Source: a virus
Lineage: Duplodnaviria; Caudoviricetes
Direction: 5' to 3' (one strand)
Length of the DNA stretch: 64,000 bases
Virus record (IMG/VR): IMGVR_UViG_3300024331_000152
Location: 78,795 to 142,794 of that record
Both the position numbers and the translations under genes were made by a program. Each line of letters starts with the position of its first letter. Within the stretch, counting starts at the first letter, position 1. The notes below the pieces were generated by a model, which searched no databases, was not told where the DNA came from, and saw only the letters and a list, made by a program, of their open reading frames with translations. Shown here one piece after another: positions 9,362 through 18,438 of this stretch.

Positions 9362-10003
9362 ATGGCAAGAGGAACGGCAACAATGGTAAACGAGCCGACC
9401 AATGGGGCGGCTGAGGCGATTGCGACTGGACTTCCTTACATCGTCAACGTGACGATTGAAGGCACAGCAGATCTTCTTCTTCATAGCTGGAGTTGCGAAG
9501 CCGTAGAAGAGAAGGCGACAGCAAAGAAGGGATCAGCAGCGAAGAAGACAGATAATTTGGAAAGTTACGTACGTCGCAACGACGATGGCGTAATCTGTCT
9601 GCCAAGCGAATATCTTCGCATGAGTGTCGTAAACGCCGCGAAGTATCGGCAGGACCCGCGATCTCCTCGAAAGTCCGCGATGGATTTATTTAAGGCCGCG
9701 CTTATTAGCCTTGAGCCCCTCTGCCCGATTACTACGGCGGCTGGAGATCTTCCGAGGGTTTGGGAATACGAACATAAGTGTCGCGTGCAAGTGCAGCGCA
9801 ACGGCATCACGCGCGTGCGGCCTGCGTTCCGTGAAGGATGGCGAGTAGATGTACCACTGATGGTAAACTTGCCGGAATATATTCCGACAAAAGACCTGAG
9901 CGACACGATCACGCAAGCCGGTAAGTTGATAGGTGTGGGAGATTTTCGTCCGTCATATGGACGCTTCCATATTTTAAGTTTTGAAGTTCAGAAAGCGGAA
10001 TAA
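9362..10003 (+). CDS. RAMP/Cas7-like RNA-binding protein (Vipr-like)
   Basis: beta1 YIVNVTIEGTADLLLH; ICLPSEYLRMSVVNAA resembling the RAMP IPxxxLKG helix; VRPAFREGW; G-rich loop GKLIGVGDFRPSYGRF. Confidence 0.75.
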   Translation: MARGTATMVNEPTNGAAEAIATGLPYIVNVTIEGTADLLLHSWSCEAVEEKATAKKGSAAKKTDNLESYVRRNDDGVICLPSEYLRMSVVNAAKYRQDPRSPRKSAMDLFKAALISLEPLCPITTAAGDLPRVWEYEHKCRVQVQRNGITRVRPAFREGWRVDVPLMVNLPEYIPTKDLSDTITQAGKLIGVGDFRPSYGRFHILSFEVQKAE

Positions 10004-10005
10004 TG

Positions 10006-10094
10006 GTTATGCTTTGGCATGCTGAGGTCAGGCGAGCCGAGGTCTGGTCAGGCCCGGTTTAGGCACGGTTTGGCTGGGTGTGGTTTGGTATGGG
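10006..10094 (+). repeat. second (GGY-NN) pentamer array, about 17-18 units
   Basis: begins immediately after the RAMP stop codon; one 1-nt phase slip near 10061. Confidence 0.85.
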
Positions 10095-10119
10095 CAGTAA
10101 AAAGATGGAGGAATTTAAT

Positions 10120-10377
10120 ATGCTGATGGAAACAGAAGTTTTCCCGGAAACCGGAAGCGTGTTGTGTGTTTTAGACGAGAGCGGTGATTCGCGGTTTATG
10201 TGGGATAAGGATGACCCGGCGCAGATCGCGAAGGCTCAGGCGAAGTTTAACGAGATGAAGGGGAAGGGCTACGTCGCATACCGCGTCAACAAGAAGGGCG
10301 GCATGGGCGAGGTGATCGCGGCGTTCGATCCGAACGATGAGCGAGTTATTATGCACCGCGCTCTTGTCGGTGGATAG
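10120..10377 (+). CDS. small protein ending in Gly-Gly (copy 1)
   Basis: GGAGG SD 10107-10111; C-terminus HRALVGG-stop. Confidence 0.7.
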   Translation: MLMETEVFPETGSVLCVLDESGDSRFMWDKDDPAQIAKAQAKFNEMKGKGYVAYRVNKKGGMGEVIAAFDPNDERVIMHRALVGG

Positions 10378-10542
10378 CGTCTGGTGTATCCGGTGCGGAT
10401 GGAGAGTGCATAAAATCCGCGCAGATGAGGTTGTGCATAAAGTTCTTGTCGGGAAGAAGTGCTACGACGGGGATGCTCAGCCTTCGCTGGTTATCTGGAA
10501 GTGGGTTAACGCGCGTGGTTGCTATGGCTACGCATCGGGAGA

Positions 10543-11046
10543 ATGACAATGTGTCTGAGCAGAATCACAGAGAGCTATGAGCCGCCGTGCCCGATGATCA
10601 CGGACGGCTGGAAGCAGTTCAGTGGAAGCGAATCGAAGCCTACGTTCCAAAGCTTTGCCCTTAACGGAAAGAGTGAAGTCCCTCTCGATAAGTGGCTGAG
10701 AGCTTCAAACGACAGGGCTCCGAATGGTGTCAAGGCAAACGACGGGAAACTCTATGATCCCGGCTTCCACGTCTACGCGAACGAGCCAAAATCTACCAAG
10801 GGATATCGGCGCGTATTTGTGCGGAACATCTCATGTCGTGGCGATGACTCGGGACAAGAAGTCATTATCGCGCAGGAGATCTACGTCTCGTCAGATCCGA
10901 ATGGCTGGCCTCCGAAGGGGAACGAACCAAAGTCTGGCGGCGGTGACGGCGGTCCTGACAAGCCGCGCCCGAACCCAATCAAAAAGATGATCGACAAGAC
11001 CATTGCCGACATGAAGGGTCTAGGCGTTACGCCGGGTCAAGCCTGA
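10543..11046 (+). CDS. hypothetical protein
   Basis: GGGAG SD; YDPGFHVY motif. Confidence 0.6.
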   Translation: MTMCLSRITESYEPPCPMITDGWKQFSGSESKPTFQSFALNGKSEVPLDKWLRASNDRAPNGVKANDGKLYDPGFHVYANEPKSTKGYRRVFVRNISCRGDDSGQEVIIAQEIYVSSDPNGWPPKGNEPKSGGGDGGPDKPRPNPIKKMIDKTIADMKGLGVTPGQA

Positions 11047-11594
11047 TGCCTCCAATCTTCGATTTCGGTGCAGCTCTACAAGGGCCGGTGACGACCAGTT
11101 CGAATGCAAACTTCTACAACGTGAGTATCGATCAAGCTTACGGGTTAGACAGCACCGCATTCCAGACGCTCTATGCTGCGCTCGGGAATGTCATATACGG
11201 AAATTATGTGACAACAGCTCCCGCGCAAACACCAGAGCAGCGCGAGGCATGGGTTAAGGCTGAAGCGGAACGCGCGGCAAAGATAAACGCAGCAACAAAA
11301 CGTGCTGAGAATCTCATGTTCTCGATCCTCAAGCCGGAGCAAGTTCGTCAGTATCAAGACACCGGCTATTTTGAAACCGAGATCGATGACCGCGTGTACC
11401 GGATTCACAAGCGCTCGCACTCGGCAAATGTCGAGCTGATCGTTGGCGGCAAGCCGATTGCGAAATATTGCGTGCACCCATCAAACTGCTACTCGACGCC
11501 GGTTCAAGACACGATGATCTCGCAACTTCTGAAGCTGCACTCCGATGAGGCTGGCTTCTTGAAAACGGCTAATAAAACGGTTTTGTACGGGTAA
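11046..11594 (+). CDS. CxHP-domain protein (copy 1)
   Basis: KRAENLMFSIL...YCVHP...PVQDTMISQLLKLHSDE..FLKTAN. Confidence 0.7.
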   Translation: MPPIFDFGAALQGPVTTSSNANFYNVSIDQAYGLDSTAFQTLYAALGNVIYGNYVTTAPAQTPEQREAWVKAEAERAAKINAATKRAENLMFSILKPEQVRQYQDTGYFETEIDDRVYRIHKRSHSANVELIVGGKPIAKYCVHPSNCYSTPVQDTMISQLLKLHSDEAGFLKTANKTVLYG

Positions 11595-11610
11595 GAGAAA
11601 GGAGATTGGC

Positions 11611-12060
11611 ATGACACAAGTAGCTCTAAATCTTGTTCAGAAAATGTTCCCGTCAGTTACGAAGGTTATTGATGGGAAATCAGATATTCACGTTGAAGTC
11701 AACAAGCGAGATGCCTCGTCAAAGGCAGTACGGGATCATAAAGAGTGTGCGCTCGCGCAAGCATGCAGGCGTACTTTAGATCTCGACGGCGCGATCATCT
11801 CTCGAAGCGTAGCCTACCTCATCAAAGGACGAACTGCCACACGCTATCGCGTACCCAGCTCCGCGACCAGAGAGATCATTGCCTTTGACCGAGGGGCAGC
11901 TTTCGTACCGGGCGATTACATGCTAAAGAGGGTTCCCAAACCGATGCGTTTTGGTGAGAAAAGAAGTGGCGGAAAAACGAAACCACCAAAGCGTAAGAAT
12001 CGCCGTCCCGTATTTCGTCACGTTACCGAGGGTATAAGAAGCTCTTTATTGGAGAGCTGA
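11611..12060 (+). CDS. hypothetical basic protein
   Basis: AGGAG SD; ECALAQAC motif. Confidence 0.6.
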   Translation: MTQVALNLVQKMFPSVTKVIDGKSDIHVEVNKRDASSKAVRDHKECALAQACRRTLDLDGAIISRSVAYLIKGRTATRYRVPSSATREIIAFDRGAAFVPGDYMLKRVPKPMRFGEKRSGGKTKPPKRKNRRPVFRHVTEGIRSSLLES

Positions 12061-12092
12061 TGTTTGACAGGCTGTAATGTCTAAGGGGGGCG

Positions 12093-12458
12093 ATGCAGAT
12101 AGAAATTCTAAACTCATTAACAGGCGACGACAAAGAAGAGATCGACACTTCACAAGCGGAGGGCCGCGCGCAGGCCGCAAAGCTTGTGCATGAGCTGATC
12201 CGCTCTGGGTCCGCCGTCTTCCTTGAAAAGAAAATTGGCGAGCAAACCTACACTTACAGGGTCACGAATTATAGCCCTGACACCAACAAGTTGACGATTC
12301 GCCTCGACAATCAGGTCGAAGATTCAGACATCGAGCACGAGCCGCACAAGAAGAATTCTGGCCGCAAGGGTCGTCCTCTCGGTCCGTACCGGACACGCGG
12401 CTACGTGAGTCCAGAGACTGGACGTACGGTTGCGGTTGCTCCACGGTCAGGTGGTTAG
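12093..12458 (+). CDS. small protein ending in Gly-Gly (copy 2)
   Basis: C-terminus VAPRSGG-stop; N-terminus aligns by eye with copy 1. Confidence 0.7.
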   Translation: MQIEILNSLTGDDKEEIDTSQAEGRAQAAKLVHELIRSGSAVFLEKKIGEQTYTYRVTNYSPDTNKLTIRLDNQVEDSDIEHEPHKKNSGRKGRPLGPYRTRGYVSPETGRTVAVAPRSGG

Positions 12459-12460
12459 CA

Positions 12461-13219
12461 ATGGCCACACAGCAAGAAATGCCTACATGGGAGCAGCTCC
12501 GCGCGAACATTCACGCGCTCGCTAAGGAGCGGGGCTGGCATCATGGTGTTCCGATCATGAGCGCCACTGATCCAACGCGAAAGGTTGTGCTGGCAAAGGG
12601 ATGCCCATTGTCAGACGTGCACGGTCACGGCAAACCAGTCTCGATCAACGCTCCTCCGGGATCTTTCGTCTGCAATCACGAAGACATCAGTGAGACCGAC
12701 TACAAAGAAACTGTCAGCTCGTGGTTGATGCCTGCACGGGGTGTTGAGATCTACAAGCGCGGCACGAAGTATTATGCCGAGAAGTACAATCTCAGCAAGT
12801 GGCGCTTGGATATCTTCATTAAGTCGATGATGTGCGGAGCTGGAGCCGTAGATGCAGAAGCGGAATTCCGCGCCATGATTTCACTCTTCAAGCGCATCAA
12901 TCAAAACCAGCGCGATGCGTACATGATCACGGGAGCGTTTCCTGAGTCGAGTCCAAAATCTGGTGTGACGTACATCCTTCGCAAGGGCCTGCCTACGATT
13001 GCGATAAAATGCACGCCGCGACCGGAAGGCGGCGAGAATCAGAAGTTCCTCGCGGCGCTATGCATTCATCCCCTTGGCTGGTACCACGGAACACATGTTG
13101 GCGTGTGTCCTCCATCCGACGAAGTCCTCGGAGTCTTGCTCCAGATCCGGGCCGATGAACACGGCCTCTGGAAGCGGGCTCACCATCTCCCAATAGATGA
13201 TCCAATGGCGGGAATATGA
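12461..13219 (+). CDS. CxHP-domain protein (copy 2)
   Basis: FRAMISLFKRI...LCIHP...PPSDEVLGVLLQIRADE..LWKRAH. Confidence 0.7.
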   Translation: MATQQEMPTWEQLRANIHALAKERGWHHGVPIMSATDPTRKVVLAKGCPLSDVHGHGKPVSINAPPGSFVCNHEDISETDYKETVSSWLMPARGVEIYKRGTKYYAEKYNLSKWRLDIFIKSMMCGAGAVDAEAEFRAMISLFKRINQNQRDAYMITGAFPESSPKSGVTYILRKGLPTIAIKCTPRPEGGENQKFLAALCIHPLGWYHGTHVGVCPPSDEVLGVLLQIRADEHGLWKRAHHLPIDDPMAGI

Positions 13220-13403
13220 AACCAGACAAACCGTGGCATCCGATTGCGGAGCCACTCCGTCCTGAATTTCTTGCATGGCGAGAAGCAGAACAAGGCATCG
13301 AGGTTCTCGCCTATAACTACGCACTCTGGCAGACAGCCGATCCGGTGTGGAGTCAGTTCTATATCGAACGCGCTCCGTCGCTATCGGCGGTTTCGGGGGC
13401 AAT

Positions 13404-13652
13404 ATGAGCGGAGTCAACAACTTCGATGTACTCAAGAAGATGTCGGCGGACAACCTCGACATTCGTTTAGGCACGGACGTTCTGGAGCTGAAGAAGGTAA
13501 AGTCCGGAACCAAAGTCACCATGGGCGCGCCGGGGGATGTCGTAACCGGAGTCTTTACAGGAGAGCTTGTAGCGTGTTTGCTAATCTTCAACAAGAAGCA
13601 GTTCGACGAGACGAAGAAGGCGCTGGAATCAACGACCACAATCCCCGGGTAG
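13404..13652 (+). CDS. hypothetical protein
   Basis: ATGA coupling to preceding small ORF. Confidence 0.55.
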   Translation: MSGVNNFDVLKKMSADNLDIRLGTDVLELKKVKSGTKVTMGAPGDVVTGVFTGELVACLLIFNKKQFDETKKALESTTTIPG

Positions 13653-14128
13653 ACTTTAATCTCCTGCCGCCCGAGATCCGGGATCGAGTAGACCGCGTCC
13701 GCAACCGGCTGAATCGCTCAATCGGTCGCATCCCGTTCGATCCGATCCTCTACGACACTATGAAGCCGGGTGTTGTCGTCGATGCGCCTCGACGCTGCGG
13801 TAAGACAGAAGCGATCTTATGGATGGTCGATCAGTACCATGGCGGCAACGCGATTATCATCGCGATGAATGACATAAATATTTGCGATATGCGCTATCGG
13901 TATCGTACGAGCAACTATCGCGGCGAGCCGAAATTCATCGCCCCAGCGTTGCTGGGCTTTCTCGACGGCCACAGTATGCCAGTCTTTTGTGACGAGTTCT
14001 TTCTGCACGATGAGCGTGTCCAGAACGAGATCTCCCGGTACAGCCAATCCAACAGAAATGTTATCGCGGTTGGCTCCTCGCACTCTCAACATCCAGACTA
14101 TCCGACCTTCCAATGCATGCCTCTTTAG
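13649..14128 (+). CDS. small P-loop ATPase, terminase-ATPase-like (start uncertain)
   Basis: APRRCGKT Walker A and VFCDEF Walker B. Confidence 0.55.
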   Translation, partial: VDFNLLPPEIRDRVDRVRNRLNRSIGRIPFDPILYDTMKPGVVVDAPRRCGKTEAILWMVDQYHGGNAIIIAMNDINICDMRYRYRTSNYRGEPKFIAPALLGFLDGHSMPVFCDEFFLHDERVQNEISRYSQSNRNVIAVGSSHSQHPDYPTFQCMPL

Positions 14129-14730
14129 CTGGTCTCTCCCGGGAAGAATACGGCCAGTACATCCGTGTGCGCCGCCGTCTCGAAGCGTCTGTCGGCAGGC
14201 TTCCTTACCCGGAAGAATGGGACAAGATCGTGCACTCAACCTGCCCGATGGCCCTCCATACATCGAACCCAAAATGCCTTGAATTCCTGATCTGGAGAGC
14301 AGGCGAATTTTACGATCCAATCATCGTTTCCTCGACAGATCCTGACTCGCATCGGCTCCGCGAAAAGTTTGAAAAACAGTTCTCAGACGCGACGATTTTT
14401 TGCTCAGCTCAGGCAATATGCGAACAGTCAAACTTTGCGCCGCCAGAACAGAAGTACTTTTGCTTCGGCTGGTGGCGCTTCGAAGAGAGCAAAAAAAGGA
14501 TAATTTCAGCCTCAAAACGACTTTGGCTCGGAGTCGGCCATTCTCCAGATATGGGACAAGGCGACGCGGCCTTCCAGTTGTGACTTAAATTACCGAAAAA
14601 TAAATCACTTGACTTCTTGTCACGACATACTGTCAGGAATAAGCAAAACAGCCAAAAATGGTCGAAAGCGCGCAGCCTTAGCGCAGGTATTCTGCGGACG
14701 CACACCCTTGTTTGCCCTATAAACAGGCAC

Positions 14731-14755
14731 AAAAAAGCCCCGCTCTAGGCGGGGC
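14731..14755 (-). terminator. intrinsic terminator of the leftward operon
   Basis: on the minus strand, GCCCCGC-CTAGA-GCGGGGC hairpin followed by T6, just after the recombinase stop. Confidence 0.75.
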
Positions 14756-14781
14756 GATTTGGTCTTCAAAGTGCCTGAGAT

Positions 14782-15465
14782 TTAGGCGGTAATTCTGCGC
14801 CGCTTTTCGCGGCTCAGGATCTTAGCTACGGTGCCCGGATGCCAGATGCCTCCGAAGCGTGTGGGAATGTTCTGTAGGTTGAGCCAATTTGCGATGTAGC
14901 GGGTCCGGCAATTCTTCTCGTGCATGGCGATCATTGTCTCGACGACGGCCTTCTCGGAAGCGTTGTCTTCCCCGTAGAAACGCTGTCCTTCGCCCTTTCC
15001 GGTTCTGGCTTTCTTCCGGGCTCTGGCATCCCGGAGTTTGAGGACGATCACGCAGCGGTCAAACTCGCTGACTGCCGCCAAGATCTGGCGGATGAGTTTG
15101 GCGGTTGGGTTGGCGTCGGAGCCCTCGGTCAGGTCGATCCCGGCCCCGGCTGCGATTACCTTGACTCCGATCTTCTGAAACTCCCGGATGATCACCTCGG
15201 CAACGATCATGTCGCGGGCGAGACGGTCCGAGGACTCACAGAGAACGATCCCGATCTGGTGATCCCGGACGTACTCGATGCAGGCGGAAAGGCCGGACCG
15301 TCCCTCCAGCTCCATCTTGCCGGTGACGCCTTCGTCGCGAAACTCCTCGACGATGTCCAGACTCTGGACTTTGGCGTAACGCGCGCAGGCGTCGCGTTGC
15401 CGGGGGAATCCTTCTCCGGAGATCTGACCTTCTCCAGAGACGCGTAGGTATGTGACGGCCCTCAT
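14782..15465 (-). CDS. serine recombinase (resolvase-type with C-terminal recombinase HTH)
   Basis: YLRVS catalytic Ser, DEGVTG, DRLARD, IANWLN..IPTRFGGIWHPGTV. Confidence 0.9.
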   Translation of the reverse strand: MRAVTYLRVSGEGQISGEGFPRQRDACARYAKVQSLDIVEEFRDEGVTGKMELEGRSGLSACIEYVRDHQIGIVLCESSDRLARDMIVAEVIIREFQKIGVKVIAAGAGIDLTEGSDANPTAKLIRQILAAVSEFDRCVIVLKLRDARARKKARTGKGEGQRFYGEDNASEKAVVETMIAMHEKNCRTRYIANWLNLQNIPTRFGGIWHPGTVAKILSREKRRRITA

Positions 15466-16598
15466 ATGTGACAATCCACAACGCTGAGAAGCGTATTGTC
15501 AGGAAGAGAGTCGAGGAGCTTCGCGAATTCGTCATCCCAAAGGTCCTCATCCTTCTCGTCGTGTACGGCTCCCCACCACCCCATCCGGCCCTTGCTGTAC
15601 CACTGGCTTTCGTGGACGATGGCGAAGGTACGGAAGGCACGTTTAGCAGCACGGTCGAGATAGACTTCGCGATCACATAGAAACTCATCAGCTTCGATCC
15701 AGATAGTTTCCTCGTTGGAGCGAAGAGCTTTTGGGCCAGCCTGTTCCCAGTAGAAATCGCGAGCCTTCTCAATGTCGTCGCTAAACTTCTCGCGCGTCTT
15801 CTCCCAACTCAACCAGAGAGGAAGATCCTTGACGATACCGTGGACAAGGTCATATTTCGCAGCGGCCTCGTCGCGGGCTTCGGCGCGCATACCGTCGAAG
15901 TCGATATCATGCTTGATCGCTTGATCTGCGCGGTCGCCCTTCGGTGCCTCGTAATCTTTGTCCATTGTCTGGATTCCGGGCTTTCCGAGTAGCCCTAGAC
16001 CGTTGGTTTTGATCTTGAAGAATCCATTCCAACGTCCGCCGATCTGATACCAGTCCCACTTCGCGTTAGGGTTTGTGCGGTCAACAGTCTTCACAACATT
16101 GCCGTCTTTGTCTACCACGGTGTAGCCGTACTTATGTTTCCCAGCAAGATCCGGATTGGTTCCCTCGACGATAGACTGGCGGCTGTGCCAATATTCGATG
16201 AATTCGGCGAATGACTTTGCCTCGATCCCCTTCAGCCGAACTTCCTTCCAGCCGTCTGGCATGAAGTGAATCTTGGTTCTATAGCCGCGCCCATCTTCCC
16301 AGTCCTTGCTTGTCCAGCTCAGACCGTTGCCTCCCCCAGTTCCCGCGATAGGCCCGATCTTCTTCGATTCCTCAGGCGTTGGCTCGCGATAGAAGCGGTC
16401 CTCGTATGGGTCGTGCAGGTTGCCTTCTGGGTCCATATAGCGTGGCTCGGTGTGCTCTTCGTATTCCTTCCGAGTCGTCTCTGTTTGATCGATCTCCTGA
16501 ACGTACTGGTTATCCTCACCAGTGCATTCAAACTCGTGGTATGGAGCAAGCTGTTCCTCCACGTTGTCGCCAATTACTAAAACTGTGAAATGGCTCAT
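15462..16598 (-). CDS. conserved phage hypothetical protein
   Basis: 378 aa; NPNAKWDWYQIGGRW, GRMGWWG, VVDCHI; CCTTGGAGG SD. Confidence 0.75.
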   Translation of the reverse strand: MSHFTVLVIGDNVEEQLAPYHEFECTGEDNQYVQEIDQTETTRKEYEEHTEPRYMDPEGNLHDPYEDRFYREPTPEESKKIGPIAGTGGGNGLSWTSKDWEDGRGYRTKIHFMPDGWKEVRLKGIEAKSFAEFIEYWHSRQSIVEGTNPDLAGKHKYGYTVVDKDGNVVKTVDRTNPNAKWDWYQIGGRWNGFFKIKTNGLGLLGKPGIQTMDKDYEAPKGDRADQAIKHDIDFDGMRAEARDEAAAKYDLVHGIVKDLPLWLSWEKTREKFSDDIEKARDFYWEQAGPKALRSNEETIWIEADEFLCDREVYLDRAAKRAFRTFAIVHESQWYSKGRMGWWGAVHDEKDEDLWDDEFAKLLDSLPDNTLLSVVDCHI

Positions 16599-16615
16599 AG
16601 ATTTCCTCCAAGGAT

Positions 16616-16822
16616 TTACTTCGCTTTGTATCGTTTCTCGGACAGGTTGTACTCTGCTTTGCCCGGGTAGAGTTTCTGAAAGTCGTTGAGGTCTTTGCTG
16701 GCTTGCGGTGTTGAGAGGCCGAACTTGCGTTCGATGTGCTCGCGGTTGATGTAGCCGAAAATCCGCAAAGTCTCTGCGATCCAGTCCATGCGGTGTTGTC
16801 GGAACCAGTTAAGCTCTGCCAT
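16616..16822 (-). CDS. stand-alone winged HTH resembling the N-terminus of CapW/BrxR WYL regulators
   Basis: GYINREHIERKFGLSTPQASKDL..FQKLYPG..YNLSEKRY. Confidence 0.65.
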   Translation of the reverse strand: MAELNWFRQHRMDWIAETLRIFGYINREHIERKFGLSTPQASKDLNDFQKLYPGKAEYNLSEKRYKAK

Positions 16823-17231
16823 CTTCGTGCCCCACAATCTCTTTGCACTGCCAGCAGATCACTGCGCAGTACGGTTTACGGAACAGCTTGCGCCACCAGC
16901 TATGCACTATGCCGCGCAGGAAAGGTTCGAACGGTTCATGACCACAGTTCGGACAGCGGTCGAACGGGGCCGGTTTGTCTTTGAGACGAGCGAATTCAAT
17001 GGGCATCAGTCTGCTCCAAGAAGCGATTAAGCTTCTCCATCTTGCGGTCGATCTCCAGAATCTCAGCAGTCTTGAATGATGGGCTATGGAGTTTTCCAAT
17101 CTCCACCATCAGCTCAGCCTCTAATGTGTTGAGGTAGCCGCGTACGCGGGAGCGAAGAGCGGTCAAGTCTGACTGACCTTTGGCGAGGTGCATTGCACAG
17201 GACGGCAGGATACGAAGTGCTTTCTCGAATG

Positions 17232-17775
17232 TCATGACGTTCCTTTCGGTTGCGGAATCCATGCGGTCCCGAACAGTTCTTTGATCTTCGACCACGCCAG
17301 CTTCGCGCTCTTACGTTCACCATCGATGTTTGTAGCGATGACGTAAAGAAAAAAAGTGAAGCACCATGTTTTTAGATCAACCGCGATTTCAAAAATATTA
17401 TTCTGGCCGTTTGCAGTAATTAACACTGCCGTTACGGCAGCAAGAATAGACATACACAAAAATATGTAACGCGTGCCTACTGCAAGAATGGTGTGCTCGT
17501 TGACAGTGCGAACTACAAGAGGCTGTCTGTGCCAGCGCCACATTTGCAAAGATCAGCACAACGCAGAGAAATAATTCCAGCGACGGTGATGCTGGATACA
17601 CAGCATATTTTGTTTTCAACAGCAATGAGATCCACATGATAAAGCTGGACAAGCTGTAGATAATAATCAATCCTCGCTCGATAAGTCGCTGTGAAATGCC
17701 CAGCCATTCGAGTAAAAATTCAAGGATTAACTGCACCTGCGAAATCAGCCAGTTATCTAAATCAAAACTCTTCAT
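17232..17775 (-). pseudogene. AT-rich multi-TM membrane protein, apparently split by one frameshift
   Basis: hydrophobic ORFs 17398-17775 and 17232-17549 overlap in different frames; SD only before the first. Confidence 0.45.
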
Positions 17776-18438
17776 TGTCCACCTCCAAGGCTGATCCTGC
17801 GGATCGTCTGAAACGGTATGAATGCCTGCGGATCGTCTTGGTGTAAGCTCCGCTCGATCCGGTAGCAGCGCTCACATACAGACATGCCGCCCCAGTCTCC
17901 AGTGTGGCCGTCAGGGACAACCTCGTCCTCGTAGCGAGCCACACCATACGTTTTCGTTGAGCGCGGCTGCTCGACATGAACGTCACAGATGCCGCAGTCA
18001 AAGATAAAGGCGCTGAGGTCGATGACTGTAATGCGAGGGCTCATGGTAAGCCCTGCTTCATTTTCGCCACCGATACCGCAAGAGTTGCGAGCAGGTTTTC
18101 ATGTCCACCGCCTTCTCGTACGTGTACGCAATACGCAGGCGGGATTGTGTCGATCACTCCTGCCACTTCACGATTAATACGGTGAATGTCTTGCTGAAGT
18201 CGGTCGGCCCGATTCGTCTCACGCGTTTTGATTTGCCATGCCTCAAGCGCTGAGTCGTTGTGCAGATCGACGATCTGTTTGGTCTCGGTGGCGATAGAGC
18301 GAAGACGCTCTATGCGACTCTGTGCAACCGCCTGCTCTGACATCCCTGCACAGCAGGCACAATCCCCATCGCCGTCATCGTCGAGACCAGCATAGCAACG
18401 GGGGCAAAGGAGCGGTATAGCGAGAAGCTCAATAAGTG

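Noticed and set aside
14782-15465. IS607-type element or prophage boundary
   Set aside because: No adjacent TnpB or att repeats were seen, and phage-type genes continue on both sides.
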